45,600 bases of DNA from Patescibacteria group bacterium (GTDB taxonomy: Bacteria; Patescibacteriota; Minisyncoccia; Phycocordibacterales; UBA9973), in contig JBBTYN010000004.1 in NCBI GenBank assembly GCA_038061755.1, positions 84,373 to 129,972 on the forward strand, read 5' to 3'. This document shows positions 1-8,894 of the stretch, in pieces. The translations under genes and the position numbers were made by a program. Numbering within the stretch: position 1 is the first letter of the stretch; each line of letters begins with the position of its first letter. A model generated the notes under the pieces. It was not told the origin of the DNA, searched no databases, and worked only from the letters and a program-made list of their open reading frames with translations.

Positions 1-341
1 CAGACATCTTCAATGCGCTCTTTTGGTATATAGTCAAGTATTGCATTTATCTCGTCTCCATGCGGATCAATCAAACAAATACCATGCCCATAGGTAATAT
101 CTTGACGCATAAAAAGCTCAAGCAATTTGCTCTTGCCGACACCAGACTTCCCGACTATATAAAGATGCCTTCGTCTGTCTATCCTTTTTATTCCAAAAAC
201 AAATTTCTTTTCTTCTAGTGAAGCGACATAATTTGTCCGCCCAATGAAAGAAACATCTTCAGGGTTAACTTTCCCAAAAACAGGTAATTCTGGTGGTGGC
301 GGTCCGTATTTTATTATTTGAACTCGATTCGGCTTGGGCAT
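1..341 (-). CDS. VirD4/TraD-like (type IV secretion DNA-binding domain) P-loop ATPase, 5' part; runs off the window edge
   Basis: Not in the ORF track. Manual translation from ATG 341 gives MPKPNRVQ...FGIKRIDRRRHLYIVGKSGVGKS...CLIDPHGD (Walker A, DPHG), paralogous to 1050..3056. Confidence 0.85.
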   Translation of the reverse strand, partial: MPKPNRVQIIKYGPPPPELPVFGKVNPEDVSFIGRTNYVASLEEKKFVFGIKRIDRRRHLYIVGKSGVGKSKLLELFMRQDITYGHGICLIDPHGDEINAILDYIPKERIEDV

Positions 342-344
342 AAA

Positions 345-635
345 TTACTTATACTGTAACATAAATTTATAAGAAAATGGTTCAGTATATTTTTCCAGAA
401 TCTTTCTCTCATATAAATCCAATTTGTCATAACCTATGATGAAATTTTTTACAACATACCATTCTTCTCGTCCGCCTGGAATAATATCTTTAAATGATAA
501 AATATTATCTACAATGTTTAACGCTCTTTCTTTAGAATTATTAGCGGCTTCAATTTTTCCAGAATCATGAAAAGAAAACAGTCGCCCAATTTCAGGATAC
601 AAATTTGCCATGTAAAAAAGTGAATTTTTTTCCAT
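345..635 (-). CDS. hypothetical helical protein, coupled to the DUF5674-like gene
   Basis: 96-aa ORF starting 1 nt after the upstream stop and ending 3 nt before the next ATG. Confidence 0.75.
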   Translation of the reverse strand: MEKNSLFYMANLYPEIGRLFSFHDSGKIEAANNSKERALNIVDNILSFKDIIPGGREEWYVVKNFIIGYDKLDLYERKILEKYTEPFSYKFMLQYK

Positions 636-636
636 A

Positions 637-993
637 TTATTTCAAATCAATAAATTTATAAATAATTTCTGTAGCTTTTTTTATTACTTCTTCGTTATTT
701 ATATTCCTAGAACGATTGCCAAAATTAGGTTTTATATTTACCATTGAATCAAATTCCAAAACTCCGTTTTTATCTTCTTCAAAACGGATATTAAAACCCC
801 ATATATCTTCAAACTTAGAGCCAGTGCCAGTTAATAATTCAGAATCTTCAATATGATAATCACCGCCTAAAGCAACCCTACCGCTCTCTATGTCTACTGC
901 GCCTTTTATCATTGTGCCATACCAAAAATCCGCCAATTCTTTAACTTCATCTATGCCAATTTTAGTGCTTAATATTCTTATTCTGGCATCCAT
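637..993 (-). CDS. DUF5674-like protein
   Basis: Motifs MIKGAVDI, ALGGxxH, GSxxEDIWGFN, EFDSMVNIKP, recognised from family memory. TGT-TAAAAT lies 6 nt before the ATG. Confidence 0.7.
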   Translation of the reverse strand: MDARIRILSTKIGIDEVKELADFWYGTMIKGAVDIESGRVALGGDYHIEDSELLTGTGSKFEDIWGFNIRFEEDKNGVLEFDSMVNIKPNFGNRSRNINNEEVIKKATEIIYKFIDLK

Positions 994-1049
994 TTTAGTA
1001 TTTTAACATAAAATTTAATATACTTCTGCTGGTTGGTAAGAGGTAAGAT

Positions 1050-3056
1050 TTATTCCAAAATTTTTCTTAAAATGTCTTCTGGAACTTCTGGTGTTTTAGA
1101 TTTCTGAGATATGGGAGTAGCTGACTGACTAGCCTTTATCAAATCTTTTAATTTATTCATATCTTCTGAACTGGCAGCTCTATCTGCGTTTACTCGCTTT
1201 ATTGGAACTTCATTTTTAATTTTATCTTTCAAAGAGTCAAGAGAAATTGTTTCTGGAATTGGCTTTGCTTCAACTACTTTATTTAAAATATTTTTTAATG
1301 CCGAAGTATCTCTATTTATCGGATGAATAGGCTTAGGCCTAACTGGAACTGGAACTTGTTTAGTAAAAATTTTTTTTATAGACTTAAATACACTAGGTTT
1401 ACCCGCCACATAGGAGAGCCTGTTTGTCGAAGTAAAATCTTTTTCTCCTCTTTCTTGATATCTATGCTCTTCTTCTATATTTCCATTTTTTTGTTTAAAT
1501 TCTATACCTAAATCAGCTAATGGTTTATAAAACTTAGATTCATCATATTTAATTTGATCCTGTCCTTTTTTTTCTATTTTTACTTCCCCAGATTTTATTT
1601 TTGCAATACATTCTTTACAATAAACTGCTCGTCCCGGCTCTGGCTTAAATGGTACAGTCGCTTCTTTTTTACAAAGAGAACAAATAACCGGAAATTTTTC
1701 CATACTTCCACTGCCAGTGTCCGTTTCATTGCCAAGGGACATTCCACTCCAGTTATTAATCTCCCGTTCCACCACTTCTTTTGATTTACAATAAAGTTCA
1801 CGAGAAGATTTTATTACTTCTTCTTCTACTTTCTTATCACCTGACTTTACCATTGGAGGTAAGGTCTTAGCGGAAAATGGACGGGACGTTACGCCATCGA
1901 TCATTAACTTTAAATAAATTTTATAGTTCGGCAAATTTACAATATCAGAAGGAGTAAATTCTGGGTCAAATTCTTTTTCTAAAAAGTCTGCATCGTCAGA
2001 ACCAACTCTAAAAACTATCATTGTACCAACGTTGCCAAAGACCGCATCCCGAACGGCCGAGCTTTTATCCGCCACTAGCTGAGCAGTGTATTGGTGAGCC
2101 ACCGTCAGATTCAGTCTGTACTTTCTAGCTTCAGACAAAATACCGGCAAAAGCATCAGTTACAAAGTTTTGAAATTCATCCACATAAAGATAAAAGTCCT
2201 TGCGATGGTCTTCAGGAATACGCACGCGTTCCATAGCAGCCAGTTGAATTTTGGTAATAATCATCCCTCCCAAGAGTCCAGAATTATCTTCCCCAATACG
2301 TCCCTTAGAAACATTCACGAGAAAAATTTTCCCATCGTTCATAATATCAAAAATATTGATGGTACTCTTAGATTGACCAACGACATTGCGAATAATAGAA
2401 GTAGAAAGAAATTGTCCGACTTTATTTTGGATCGGGGCAATCGCTTCATTGCGAAATTTATCCTGCCAAGCTTCATACTCATGTACCCAGAAAGCTTTTA
2501 TCACGGGATCTTTTAAATTGGTAATTATTTTCTGACGATAATCTTTATCTACAAGCATTCTAGGAATTCCTAGGAGCGTCGTCCCTGGAGTATCCAGTAA
2601 GGCTAAAATACAATTATTTAAAATATATTCCATTCGTGCGCTCCAAGCATTCGCCCAGATTTTGGTAAAAATACCCATCAATCCAGACGCCACTAAATGT
2701 TTATATTGTGGGTCAATCAATTCTAAAACATTAAAACCGATATGATAATCCGCATCCGCTGGATTAAAATAAACTACATCTTTCATTCGGTGGGACGGAA
2801 TAGCTGAAAGAACTGCTTCGACAAGTTCTCCGTGCGGGTCAACGACACAAACCCCTTCGCCGTTTTGAATATTCTGAAAAATCATATTGAACATCAAAAC
2901 CGATTTACCAGTACCAGATTTTCCGAGAATATAAACATGCTGACGCCTGTCTTTGCGCTTAATGCCAAAAAGCTGATTTTTATCGCGAAAAGTCGTCAAC
3001 CCTAGGTAAGTAACGTCTTTATTTATAGGTATTTCTGGGAGTTCAATGTGGGTCAT
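1050..3056 (-). CDS. VirD4/TraD-like ATPase with CxxC-x17-CxxC zinc-finger domain
   Basis: Walker A GKSGTGKS, Walker B LYVDEFQNF, SEARKY, AHQY; C-terminal CSLC-x17-CKEC containing VPFKP. Confidence 0.85.
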   Translation of the reverse strand: MTHIELPEIPINKDVTYLGLTTFRDKNQLFGIKRKDRRQHVYILGKSGTGKSVLMFNMIFQNIQNGEGVCVVDPHGELVEAVLSAIPSHRMKDVVYFNPADADYHIGFNVLELIDPQYKHLVASGLMGIFTKIWANAWSARMEYILNNCILALLDTPGTTLLGIPRMLVDKDYRQKIITNLKDPVIKAFWVHEYEAWQDKFRNEAIAPIQNKVGQFLSTSIIRNVVGQSKSTINIFDIMNDGKIFLVNVSKGRIGEDNSGLLGGMIITKIQLAAMERVRIPEDHRKDFYLYVDEFQNFVTDAFAGILSEARKYRLNLTVAHQYTAQLVADKSSAVRDAVFGNVGTMIVFRVGSDDADFLEKEFDPEFTPSDIVNLPNYKIYLKLMIDGVTSRPFSAKTLPPMVKSGDKKVEEEVIKSSRELYCKSKEVVEREINNWSGMSLGNETDTGSGSMEKFPVICSLCKKEATVPFKPEPGRAVYCKECIAKIKSGEVKIEKKGQDQIKYDESKFYKPLADLGIEFKQKNGNIEEEHRYQERGEKDFTSTNRLSYVAGKPSVFKSIKKIFTKQVPVPVRPKPIHPINRDTSALKNILNKVVEAKPIPETISLDSLKDKIKNEVPIKRVNADRAASSEDMNKLKDLIKASQSATPISQKSKTPEVPEDILRKILE

Positions 3057-3099
3057 ATAGATATTTTATAACAAAACAGCTCTTTTTGCTAATTTTTAC

Positions 3100-3128
3100 T
3101 TGACTTTTTTCTAACACTATAATATACT
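3100..3128 (+). promoter_or_regulatory. sigma70-type promoter facing the mazF 3' end
   Basis: TTGACT (3100-3105), 17-nt spacer, TATACT (3123-3128). Confidence 0.7.
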
Positions 3129-3134
3129 TATTGA

Positions 3135-3192
3135 GTAAATGCTTTCCTTGTCGAAAGCTCCGAGAAACCCCCGCAAGGGGGTTTCGTTTTTT
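3135..3192 (+). ncRNA. candidate ~55-nt small RNA (hairpin plus intrinsic terminator) convergent with mazF
   Basis: Follows the consensus promoter. GCTTTC-cttgtc-GAAAGC hairpin (3141-3158), then GAAACCCCC-GCAA-GGGGGTTTC and a T-tract. Confidence 0.5.
3164..3192 (+). terminator. intrinsic terminator
   Basis: 9-bp perfect stem, GCAA tetraloop, GTTTTTT tail on the + strand only. Confidence 0.75.
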
Positions 3193-3577
3193 ATATAATC
3201 TTTCCTAGTTTTATTTTTATTTCATTTAATTCTCCATTTTCTATTTTCCCCATAAGTCGCAATATCCTTTTTGCATCAAAAAGTCTAACTTGCGACAAAA
3301 TTACAGTTGAACCTGGAAAAGAAATCAATTTGTGATAATATTTACCTTCCTTGTTTTCATTAGATGTTAAAGGAACTCCTAAAAATATATTATTGTTGAA
3401 TTTTCTAACTATTAAAATAGGCCGCTCAAAACTAGAATGCTTGCCATCCTCTTCGTCTCCAATATTTTTACCAATAGAAGCAAGCCAAATATCTCCTTTA
3501 TGAAAATAAACTCGTCCTCCGTTTGAAAGTTCTTTTTTCTTGATATTCCAATTATCAAAATCCTGATTCATAATCAT
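3191..3577 (-). CDS. PemK/MazF-family endoribonuclease toxin
   Basis: GDIWLASIGKNIGDEEDGK...RPILIV...GVPLTS...LSQVRLFD. Start revised to 3577, where the ATG overlaps the upstream TGA (ATGA); 3571 is an alternative. Confidence 0.85.
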   Translation of the reverse strand: MIMNQDFDNWNIKKKELSNGGRVYFHKGDIWLASIGKNIGDEEDGKHSSFERPILIVRKFNNNIFLGVPLTSNENKEGKYYHKLISFPGSTVILSQVRLFDAKRILRLMGKIENGELNEIKIKLGKII

Positions 3578-3777
3578 ACGCATTTGCAATTTCGTTCCGC
3601 TTCTCCGCACTTCTGGCATTTTACCTGCATCATTGATTTTTCTGCACATTTGTTAAAATGCAAGGGGTAAAAAAAAACGGCAGTGTATCCGCATTTGGGA
3701 CATTTGAATCCATCTCCATCTCCGTGACAAACGCCGCAATGTTTTGAAGATAAATGTGTTGCTGGGTTATAAATCAT
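3574..3777 (-). CDS. Cys-rich, probably zinc-binding microprotein (67 aa)
   Basis: Three CxxC motifs (CGVC, CPKC, CQKC) plus CKC; ATGA overlap with mazF. Confidence 0.65.
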   Translation of the reverse strand: MIYNPATHLSSKHCGVCHGDGDGFKCPKCGYTAVFFYPLHFNKCAEKSMMQVKCQKCGEAERNCKCV

Positions 3778-3817
3778 ATTTATATTTTAAACTTTACCGT
3801 TGGTAAAAGCAACAGTT

Positions 3818-3840
3818 TTCGCAAGAACGGTTCTTGCGAA
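3818..3840. repeat. perfect odd-centred palindrome (REP-like or operator)
   Basis: TTCGCAAGAAC-G-GTTCTTGCGAA, 11-bp arms. Confidence 0.8.
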
Positions 3841-3873
3841 TTAACCAAACATTAGCCAAACCAAAAAGCCCTT

Positions 3874-4355
3874 TTATAATGCTTTTTGGTCACTAGAAGA
3901 TATCCTCTCGTTTCTTTTTCTTTCCTCTACACCATCAAGAATTTTCTCTATATCTTTGAATTTTTGATTATCTATGATTTTATCTCCTAATTCGCAAGTT
4001 TCTTTTAACTCTTTTTCAAATTCAGAGATAGATATTTGAAGAACTAACTCATGGAGAACATTATTTCTTTTTTCTCTATATTTATGAAGAGTTTTTTTTG
4101 GTTATCATCTATAAGATCACTTTTAAACAGAAAATCTATTAATTCATTTAAACCGAATCTTCTAACTCTTTTTCTTAACTCGACAATCATTTTGGCTTCC
4201 TTGGCACCCTTCTGTCTGACATCTTCCCAATATTTATAATCTGCAAAGATTTTTAGTAATCCTTCAATGTAAGCACTTTGCACTAAAAAAGCTTCAAGAT
4301 ATTGTTTCTTTAGATAAGATCCTTTAATATGATCAACTAATTCTATCCTTCTCAT
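3874..4355 (-). pseudogene. HEPN-domain putative RNase split by a -1 frameshift at an A8 run (160 aa if restored)
   Basis: Frame 1 has EAFLVQSAYIEGLLK...DNQKK. Adding one A at 4092-4099 continues TLHKYREKRNNVLHELV...SDQKAL* to TAA 3874-3876, giving an RxxxxH motif (RNNVLH). Confidence 0.75.
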
Positions 4356-4401
4356 AAACTTAAAATTTATATTCTAACAAAAATTATTCTTGTTAATTAA
4401 T

Positions 4402-4935
4402 TTATTGAGTTTGTTTTGTAAGGGGTAATTTCTCTAATATTTCGTGAACAAGTCCAAGATCTTTTGCTTTTTCAGCACTTAATATTGTACTTTTCTGTAA
4501 TAGTTTATTAATTTCCTTTTCCTTTTGACCAGTTTCTTTCGAGAGAATACCAATATGTCTTTTTAATAAATCCTGGAATATAGCTAAGGATTCTTCATGA
4601 TTATGCAGTGTTGTTGTTTGAGCTCCAGTTGTAAATGTTCCTTCGTGTAAAAAGAATCGACAGCCTTTTATGGCTATTCTTTTACTGCCAGCAGAATAGA
4701 TAATATTTGCAGCAGAATCAATTTGACTAAAAGCAATTGTCTCAACTTCGATTGAAAGTGCTTTTAAGTATGAATATATTCTGATAGCAGAATCAACATC
4801 ACCACCGGGAGATGATATAAGTATTTTTAGTTTTTTTATATTAGAACCATAAATCTGACCATTGACATAAATAATAAGATTATTAGCAGTATTAACATCA
4901 ATTCCTCCCGTTATTGTGTACCATTGTTCTTCCAT
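4402..4935 (-). CDS. ClpP-like serine protease (divergent)
   Basis: ISSPGGDV, IDSAA (nucleophile Ser), FLHE (His), LSAEKAKDLGLVHEI C-terminal motif. Confidence 0.85.
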   Translation of the reverse strand: MEEQWYTITGGIDVNTANNLIIYVNGQIYGSNIKKLKILISSPGGDVDSAIRIYSYLKALSIEVETIAFSQIDSAANIIYSAGSKRIAIKGCRFFLHEGTFTTGAQTTTLHNHEESLAIFQDLLKRHIGILSKETGQKEKEINKLLQKSTILSAEKAKDLGLVHEILEKLPLTKQTQ

Positions 4936-4965
4936 GTTTTTTAATTATTATTTTAATTTATATAC

Positions 4966-6870
4966 TTATGCTTTTGGCTCTTCCCCTTCAGGACCTTTTT
5001 CTTTAAATTCCGCATCTTTGACTTCCGGATTTTGCTCTTCGGGAGTTTTTGGAGATTGAGGAGTTGCGCCGGCTTTCGCCATGGCTTCGCCTATTTTAGA
5101 CATTTCGGCCGAAAGTTCTTCGGTTGCTTTCTTGATTGCTTCTCCGTCCGTGCCGTCTTTCACGCCTCGCAAGGCAGTTATTTTTGCATTTACTTCATCT
5201 TTTAATTCTGCTGGAATTTTTGCTTCATTATCTTTTAACGCTTTCTCCGCCGTGTAAATAATCATCTCGGCAGTATTTTTCACTTCAGCATTCTCTTTTT
5301 TCTTTTTATCTTCTTCAGCATGAAGCTCAGCATCAGCTTGCATTTTTTTAATATCTTCGTCTTTAAGTCCAGAGCTTGCTTCAATTTTTATAGATTGAGT
5401 TTTTCCTGAAGCTTTATCTTTTGCAGAAACATTTAAAATTCCATTTACATCCACATCAAAGGCAACTTCAATCTGTGGCATTCCACGAGGTGCCGGTGGA
5501 ACTCCGTCTAAAATAAATCGGCCGAGAGATTTGTTGTCGGACGCCATTGGACGCTCTCCCTGCACAATGTGTATTTCTACCGAAGTCTGATTGTCAGCAG
5601 CGGTAGAAAATACTTGAGACTTAGAAGACGGGATAGTAGTATTTCTTTCAATTAATTTTGTAGCTACTCCGCCCAATGTCTCAATACCTAAAGATAAAGG
5701 TATCACATCAAGAAGCAAGACATCACGAACATCACCCTGTAACACACCTGCTTGGACGGCTGCGCCAAGCGCTACGACTTCGTCAGGATTAATGGACATA
5801 TTAGGAACTTTACCAAAAAGAGTTTGCACCGCAGAGACTATTGCTGGCATTCTTGTTTGACCACCTACCATAATAATTTCATTTATTTCGTTCATCTTAA
5901 ATGGTGAAGCAGAAAGAGCCCTCTTAGTAATTTCAATAGAACTGTCTATGTATTCTTTAGCTAAAGATTCCAACATCACCCGAGACATTTTCATCAATAA
6001 ATGCTTTGGTCCAGAGCTATCTGAAGTTATAAATGGTATGTTGATTTCCGTTTCAATGGTAGTAGAAAGTTCATGCTTAGCTTTTTCTGCTGCTTCTTTT
6101 AATCTCTGATGCGCTAGAGGATCTTTTATCACATCAATCCCAGACTCCTTTTTATACTCTTCAGCGATCCAATAAATTATTTTTCTATCAATATCACCTC
6201 CACCCATATGACTGTCTCCATCTGTGGATTTGACTTCTATCACATCATCGCCGATTTCCAGCACAGACACATCAAAAGTTCCTCCGCCAAAATCGTAAAC
6301 AACAATCTTTTCATTTTTCTTTTTATTAAATCCGTAAGCAAGCGCTGCGGCTGTTGGTTCGTTAATAATGCGCTTCACATCAAGTCCAGCAATTGCTCCA
6401 GCATCTTTTGTAGCCTTTCTTTGCGCATCATTGAAATAGGCCGGTACGGTTATTATCGCTTCCGTAATTTTTTCTCCCAGCTTCGCTTCAACATCAGATT
6501 TTATTTTTTGTAAAACCATTGCAGAAATTTCTTCCGGTCGATAAAATTTATCTGACATTTTTATTTTTACTCCGCCTCCATCTCCTGCTTCAATTTTAAA
6601 TGCCGCCGTCTCACGATCTTTTTGCACTTCTGGGTCATCAAATCTGTGCCCCATATAGCGCTTGATTTCAGCAATTGTATTTTCTGGATTTGTAACCGCT
6701 TGTCTTTTTGCTAGAAGACCAACAATCCTATCTCCGTTTTTTGCAGTAGCAACAACAGAAGGCGTCGTACGATTGCCTTCCACATTCTCAATAATCTTCG
6801 GTGCGCCTCCTTCGATAACAGCGACTGCCGAATTCGTTGTACCCAAATCTATACCTATTATTTTACTCAT
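4966..6870 (-). CDS. dnaK: chaperone DnaK (Hsp70)
   Basis: [35 protein letters not shown]. Confidence 0.99.
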   Translation of the reverse strand: MSKIIGIDLGTTNSAVAVIEGGAPKIIENVEGNRTTPSVVATAKNGDRIVGLLAKRQAVTNPENTIAEIKRYMGHRFDDPEVQKDRETAAFKIEAGDGGGVKIKMSDKFYRPEEISAMVLQKIKSDVEAKLGEKITEAIITVPAYFNDAQRKATKDAGAIAGLDVKRIINEPTAAALAYGFNKKKNEKIVVYDFGGGTFDVSVLEIGDDVIEVKSTDGDSHMGGGDIDRKIIYWIAEEYKKESGIDVIKDPLAHQRLKEAAEKAKHELSTTIETEINIPFITSDSSGPKHLLMKMSRVMLESLAKEYIDSSIEITKRALSASPFKMNEINEIIMVGGQTRMPAIVSAVQTLFGKVPNMSINPDEVVALGAAVQAGVLQGDVRDVLLLDVIPLSLGIETLGGVATKLIERNTTIPSSKSQVFSTAADNQTSVEIHIVQGERPMASDNKSLGRFILDGVPPAPRGMPQIEVAFDVDVNGILNVSAKDKASGKTQSIKIEASSGLKDEDIKKMQADAELHAEEDKKKKENAEVKNTAEMIIYTAEKALKDNEAKIPAELKDEVNAKITALRGVKDGTDGEAIKKATEELSAEMSKIGEAMAKAGATPQSPKTPEEQNPEVKDAEFKEKGPEGEEPKA

Positions 6871-6957
6871 ACGTTATAAGGTTAAATTAATAATTAACAT
6901 TTATTTTGCGACCACTAATAATTTGTATAAATAGAGTATATATGATAGGATATGTGT

Positions 6958-7464
6958 ATGTCAAGTTATTCAAAAAAGATACTTAAAAAACTAGCTGAAA
7001 AGCCAGCAATTTCTGTAAAAGATCTGAAAGAAAATGATATTAAAACCACTTATGCAATTTCTCGTGCTTTAAAAAACTTAGTGGAAAGCAAGTATGCAAA
7101 AATTCATGAATCAGGAAGACAAGATTACGTAAAAATTACTCCCCTTGGAAAAAATAAATTAAACACACTACTATTAGAGAATGAAGGTGCGCTAGTTCCA
7201 CAAAATTGGGATGGATTTTGGAGAATTATCCTGCTGGACCTGCCAGAAAACAGAAAGAGTGAACGTGAGTCTCTGCGCTATCTTTTAAAAAAAGCTGGTT
7301 TTGTTTGCCTAAAAAATTCCGCCTGGATTTCCCCTTACCCTTTTGAACATTTATTTACAAATATAAAAAAAGATTTAGGACTTACAACAGAAATGATGAT
7401 AATCGTCACCCAATTTTTAGACGAAGAAACAAAAAAAGTTTTATTTGAAACTTTCGGAAAATAA
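6958..7464 (+). CDS. PaaX-like wHTH regulator with Cas2-like C-terminal domain
   Basis: N-terminal wHTH (ITPLGK) and WDGFWRIILLDLPE..R..LR..LKKAGF...SAWISPY. Start 6958 is supported by TGa-TAGGAT 6 nt upstream. Confidence 0.75.
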   Translation: MSSYSKKILKKLAEKPAISVKDLKENDIKTTYAISRALKNLVESKYAKIHESGRQDYVKITPLGKNKLNTLLLENEGALVPQNWDGFWRIILLDLPENRKSERESLRYLLKKAGFVCLKNSAWISPYPFEHLFTNIKKDLGLTTEMMIIVTQFLDEETKKVLFETFGK

Positions 7465-7472
7465 AATTAATT

Positions 7473-8060
7473 TTATTTTTCTACTTCTTTGTATTCATAC
7501 ACATTTACCCTAGCTGGACGCATCACGCGTTCGCCGAGTTTGTAACCTTTTTGAATTACATTCGCAACGGTATGGTCCTGTTCTTTTTTATCTGTTTCTA
7601 CGACATCAATAGACTGATGTATGTTTGGATCAAAACTCTCCCCCACTTCACCTATTGCTTTGACCCCATATTCCTCAAAAATACCATTCATTTGGGAATA
7701 AATATATTCTACACCCTTACGCCAATTTTCATCTACTTTCTCCCAGGCCTCTTTGTTGACAAAAGCCAGATTAAAACTGTCTATCACGGACAGAAAACGG
7801 ATTAAAATCCGCTCCCGCATCACTTCCGAGAAATTAACCTGTCTTTCATTTTCTTGTTTTTTGTAATTAATAAAATCCGCCCGCTCTTTCTGCCATCCAG
7901 TCAAATATTCTTCTTTTTCTTTTTGACATACTTTCAATTCCGCCCTGAATTTCTTCAGAGTTTTCTTTAAATCTTCTTCCCCATCTTCATTAAATTCAAA
8001 TTCAAGAATTTCAGCTTCATTTTCAGGTGGAGTTTCTTTCTTTTCTTCTTCATCGCTCAT
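7473..8060 (-). CDS. grpE: nucleotide exchange factor GrpE
   Basis: RADFINYKK, FDPNIHQ, QKGYKLGERVMRPARV. Confidence 0.97.
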   Translation of the reverse strand: MSDEEEKKETPPENEAEILEFEFNEDGEEDLKKTLKKFRAELKVCQKEKEEYLTGWQKERADFINYKKQENERQVNFSEVMRERILIRFLSVIDSFNLAFVNKEAWEKVDENWRKGVEYIYSQMNGIFEEYGVKAIGEVGESFDPNIHQSIDVVETDKKEQDHTVANVIQKGYKLGERVMRPARVNVYEYKEVEK

Positions 8061-8079
8061 AGTTTTATTTTAGCACAAA

Positions 8080-8520
8080 TTATCTCTTACTCCATTGAGG
8101 TGCCTTTCTAGCTTTCTTCAATCCGAATTTTCTTCGTTCTTTTGCCCTAGGATCACGCTTTAGAAAACCTAATTTTTTCAAATTTCCACGTAAAGTAATA
8201 TCTGATTTAATAAGAGCTCTAGCTAACCCATGACGAATTGCCTCTGATTGAGAATGAATTCCGCCGCCAGAAACATGCGCTTCTACACCCCATTTTACAT
8301 TTGATTTAGCTCCACCAGTTGATATTCCTTTTATCATAGGGTCTAAAATTAAACGACGCTGATCTTCTGTTTTAAAATATTCTTTAGCATCTTTGCCATT
8401 CACAGTAAAATGAGCTTTAGTCTCCTCTGTGATACGCACTCTAGCGGTAGAAGTTTTACGTCTTCCTACAGCTTCAATATATTGTTGTTTTATTTTTTTA
8501 ATTGATATTTTTTCTGCCAT
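8080..8520 (-). CDS. rpsI: 30S ribosomal protein S9
   Basis: GRRKTSTARV, GGGIHSQ, ERRKFGLKKARKAPQWSKR. Start placed at MAEK (8520). Confidence 0.97.
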   Translation of the reverse strand: MAEKISIKKIKQQYIEAVGRRKTSTARVRITEETKAHFTVNGKDAKEYFKTEDQRRLILDPMIKGISTGGAKSNVKWGVEAHVSGGGIHSQSEAIRHGLARALIKSDITLRGNLKKLGFLKRDPRAKERRKFGLKKARKAPQWSKR

Positions 8521-8524
8521 AAAA

Positions 8525-8881
8525 TTAATCTTCAATTGTTAAATTTTTCATCATAACTCTTCGTAATTTATTATCAGGAAGCATTTGAAATGTTGCAAGC
8601 TTAATTAATTCTTTCAATCCTTTTTTCTCTGCTGTTTCTGTGCCTTTTAAAATGCGAAGCCCCCCGGGAATACCAGAATATCTAGTGTGATAAATTTCAG
8701 CTAATTTCTTTGTGGTAATAAGAAGCTTACTTGCATTGATTACTTTTACTGGAAAACCCGAATAAACATTACGCTCAAAGGTTGCCTTAGTTTTACCCAT
8801 CAAAGACATCGCCACTTCGCTGGCAACCCTTCCTAAGGTTCTGCCATTTGCGTCTATTGTTTTGATTTCTGTTTTTTTCAT
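8525..8881 (-). CDS. rplM: 50S ribosomal protein L13
   Basis: IDANGRTLGRVAS, VINA, YSGIPGGL, MLPDNKL. Start placed at 8881. Confidence 0.95.
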   Translation of the reverse strand: MKKTEIKTIDANGRTLGRVASEVAMSLMGKTKATFERNVYSGFPVKVINASKLLITTKKLAEIYHTRYSGIPGGLRILKGTETAEKKGLKELIKLATFQMLPDNKLRRVMMKNLTIED

Positions 8882-8894
8882 GATGTTTTTATTA

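Noticed and set aside
3139-3198. 19-aa ORF MLSLSKAPRNPRKGVSFFI in the candidate small RNA
   Set aside because: It runs through the terminator, its stop lies beyond the T-tract, and it has no SD or leaderless geometry.
3578-3649. ORF-track N-terminal extension of MazF
   Set aside because: It overlaps the Cys-rich gene; the ATGA junction indicates a start at 3577.
6958-7464. Cas2-like domain as evidence of CRISPR-Cas
   Set aside because: It is a PaaX-type fusion; no cas1 or repeat-spacer array is visible in the window.
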